Shown one piece after another: positions 61,954-64,000 of a DNA stretch of 64,000 nucleotides (its first letter is position 1; each line of letters begins with the position of its first letter). Made by a program: the position numbers and the translations under genes. The stretch comes from Chloroflexota bacterium. Its GTDB lineage: Bacteria > Chloroflexota > Anaerolineae > Anaerolineales > JBFLVL01. A model generated the notes under the pieces. The model searched no databases. It was given only the letters and a program-made list of their open reading frames with translations, and was not told the origin of the DNA. The DNA is taken from assembly GCA_040758495.1 (NCBI GenBank), contig JBFLVL010000014.1:17161-81160 (forward strand), in the 5' to 3' direction.

Positions 61954-63156
61954 TCACCTCTCTACTGCCATACTCATCCCCAGACCACCGCTGATGCACA
62001 GGGTTGCTAGCCCAAGTTCAACATCGCGATTTTTCATGGCGTGCAACAGTGTTACTACGATCCTGGCCCCTGAACAGCCGGTTGGATGCCCCAGCGCTAC
62101 CGCACCACCGTTAACATTGCGGCGAGCTGTATCCCATTTGAGTTCTCTATCCACGATTAAGACCTGGGCAGCAAAAGCTTCATTTAATTCAATTAACTCA
62201 AAATCGTCCAATGTACATCCGGTTGCCTTAACCAGATGTTGAGTGGCAGGCACCGGCCCCAGCCCCATTCTCTCTGGAGCCACACCCGCGCTGGTAAAAC
62301 CCTTGATAGTCCCTAACGGCTCGATGCCCTCGGATTGAGCGATATCCGCTCGCATCAACACAACCGCCGCGGCCCCATCGGTGATGCCGCTGGCATTGGC
62401 CGCGGTTATCGTGCCACCGTGCTCTTCGTCTCGAAAGACAGGTTTCAATTTGGCGAGCTTCTCAACCGTCGAGTCAGCGCGCGGGCGTTCGTCCCGTTCA
62501 ATGAGGATGGATTCGCCCTTGCGGCCCTTCGTTTCTACAGGCACTACCTCCGATTTGAAAGCTCCGCTTTCCCAGGCAGCTACGGCTTTTTGGTGGCTAG
62601 CCACCGTAAAAATGTCCTGCTCCTCACGCGTGATCTTATACTCCTCTGCCAACCGATCAACGGTTTCACCCATGACCATGTTGGCCAGAGGACACATATA
62701 GCCATCACGATAATTCGAATCCACCAGCACATCATCCCCCAGGCGATACCCCCAACGGGCTTTCATCAAGAGATAGGGGATTTGCGACATTTGTTCGACT
62801 CCTCCGGCCAGCACGATCTGGTTCTCCCCCAGCATGATTGATTGGGCTCCCAGGGTGATGGCTTTCAACCCTGAACCGCAGGCCTTGTTGACCGTGTAGG
62901 CGACCTTTTCCTTAGGCACCTTGCTTCGCCAGGCAATCTGACGGGCGATATTAGGGCCATTGCCGGCCTGTCGAGCGCAGCCGAAAATGGTCTCATCTAC
63001 CCGATCTGGCGTGATGCCTGCTCTCTGGATGGCTTCCCGGGCTACAATTTCACCGAGCTGGACAGCCGAGATATCCATCAGGCTACCTCCAAAGTTGCCG
63101 ATGGGCGTACGCACGGCAGATACGATCACAACTTCGTTCAGGTTTCTACTCTTCAT
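61954..63156 (-). CDS. acetyl-CoA C-acetyltransferase (thiolase II)
   Basis: Nucleophile VNKACGSGLKA, plus GHPTGCSGARI and CISGGLGMSM. Confidence 0.9.
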   Translation of the reverse strand: MKSRNLNEVVIVSAVRTPIGNFGGSLMDISAVQLGEIVAREAIQRAGITPDRVDETIFGCARQAGNGPNIARQIAWRSKVPKEKVAYTVNKACGSGLKAITLGAQSIMLGENQIVLAGGVEQMSQIPYLLMKARWGYRLGDDVLVDSNYRDGYMCPLANMVMGETVDRLAEEYKITREEQDIFTVASHQKAVAAWESGAFKSEVVPVETKGRKGESILIERDERPRADSTVEKLAKLKPVFRDEEHGGTITAANASGITDGAAAVVLMRADIAQSEGIEPLGTIKGFTSAGVAPERMGLGPVPATQHLVKATGCTLDDFELIELNEAFAAQVLIVDRELKWDTARRNVNGGAVALGHPTGCSGARIVVTLLHAMKNRDVELGLATLCISGGLGMSMAVER

Positions 63157-63209
63157 AGTTTCTGCTCCTCGATGTGTCCGTCAACTTGAATTGAAAGTCA
63201 TCTGATTTT

Positions 63210-63977
63210 TTACCTGGAGGTATAAATTCCCTCAGGGTCCAATTCTTCCCGTATAATTCTCAATTCTTCCGGAGATGGTGGTTCTGTCTCAGCAAGGTCA
63301 GGAGAAACCACGAGCGGCCAGCCAACTTCAGCTCGAACTTCCTCGACGATAACCCCCGGATGCACAGACTTCAACCTCATCTCGTTGCCCTCCGCCTTGA
63401 AATCGAAGATGGCCTTATTCGTAATGACCAATTGCGGACCGGCTCCAGGCATGCCCAATAACTTACGCCTAGCTGGATTTCCATCCAGGTGACCAGGACT
63501 GGTGACGAAATCCAACTTTTCCACAAAAGCGCGTTTGCTCAAAGGCATGACGATAAAAATCTTTTTAGCATGGATGGCAATCTCGCAGGCACCTCCACTA
63601 CCGGGCAGGCGCACTTTGGGTTGCTGGTAATCCCCAATGACCGTTGAGTTGAGGTTACCAAAGCGGTCAATTTGCGCTGCCCCCAGGAAAGCCACTTCGA
63701 TTAGCCCTCCTTGAAGATAATTCATAAAGAGATCCGCCATCGAACAGACCGATGTGGATCCACTAATCAATGTCGCATCGCCAATGGAGAGAGGGAGGTG
63801 AGCAGGTCTGGCTCCGAAGACGCCCGATTCGTAGACCAGTTCCAGATCAGGGGCGACAGTACGCCTGGCCAGGTTGCAGGCGATATTTGGTAATCCCACA
63901 CCCACGAAAACCACTCGCTCTCCTGCCAGTGCCCGGGCGGATGAGGTGATCATGATTTCGGATGGTGAGTATTTCAT
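63210..63977 (-). CDS. CoA-transferase beta subunit (3-oxoacid/glutaconate type)
   Basis: ESG.FG..P, GAAQIDRFGN.N and LPGSGGA motifs. A preceding gene (presumably the alpha subunit) ends at 63989-63991, just inside the window edge. Confidence 0.8.
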   Translation of the reverse strand: MKYSPSEIMITSSARALAGERVVFVGVGLPNIACNLARRTVAPDLELVYESGVFGARPAHLPLSIGDATLISGSTSVCSMADLFMNYLQGGLIEVAFLGAAQIDRFGNLNSTVIGDYQQPKVRLPGSGGACEIAIHAKKIFIVMPLSKRAFVEKLDFVTSPGHLDGNPARRKLLGMPGAGPQLVITNKAIFDFKAEGNEMRLKSVHPGVIVEEVRAEVGWPLVVSPDLAETEPPSPEELRIIREELDPEGIYTSR

Positions 63978-64000
63978 TGGGGGACTCCTCAGGCATATAC

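Overview
This is a 64-kb chromosomal window of moderate GC (about 50% by eye). The gene content would fit a Chloroflexota/Anaerolineae-like bacterium, but taxonomy cannot be established from the sequence alone. All calls rest on manual motif reading; no search or folding tool was run.

Positions 1-33.9 kb and 35.6-42.1 kb are ordinary housekeeping DNA:
- RRM RNA-binding protein, transaldolase, DegV, ECF sigma factor, tmRNA, smc, rnc
- a moaC / fused moaD-moaE / thrC-like cluster
- ftsY, and prfB with its programmed +1 frameshift
- a ZIP importer next to a frameshifted CDF exporter, and an MFS transporter
- rpmF-fabD-fabG, Asp23, nusB, tatA/tatC
- a 2x thiolase-like + 2x DUF35 operon
- nnr, polyprenyl synthase, tatD, phosphohexomutase, cysteine desulfurase

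A small AT-rich two-gene insert (ClpP-fold SDH-type protease plus a 75-aa ORF) lies at 34.0-35.2 kb. It is followed by a ~360-bp GC-rich mini-hairpin repeat tract.

The main result is that 42.2-60.9 kb looks like a decayed chromosomal integron:
- A ~40-codon C-terminal remnant of a tyrosine recombinase with an IntI-like ending lies at the left end.
- It is followed by at least 8 co-oriented attC-like imperfect palindromes with RYYYAAC...GTTRRRY boxes. Five of them have two bulged bases 6 bp apart.
- These sites delimit cassettes carrying a GNAT, an orphan TOPRIM-like protein, three toxin-antitoxin-like pairs (one inverted), two restriction-modification modules, hemerythrin, a DsrE/YedF-like protein and a HicB-DinB fusion.
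- One 6.4-kb composite cassette carries an IS remnant, an atypical Fpg/Nei-like gene and a GC-rich GH114/TM1410-like glycosidase + PD40 module.
- The distal end is eroded, with half attC sites and RelE- and YdeI-like gene fragments.

The window ends with a PD40 lipoprotein gene and a thiolase / CoA-transferase operon.
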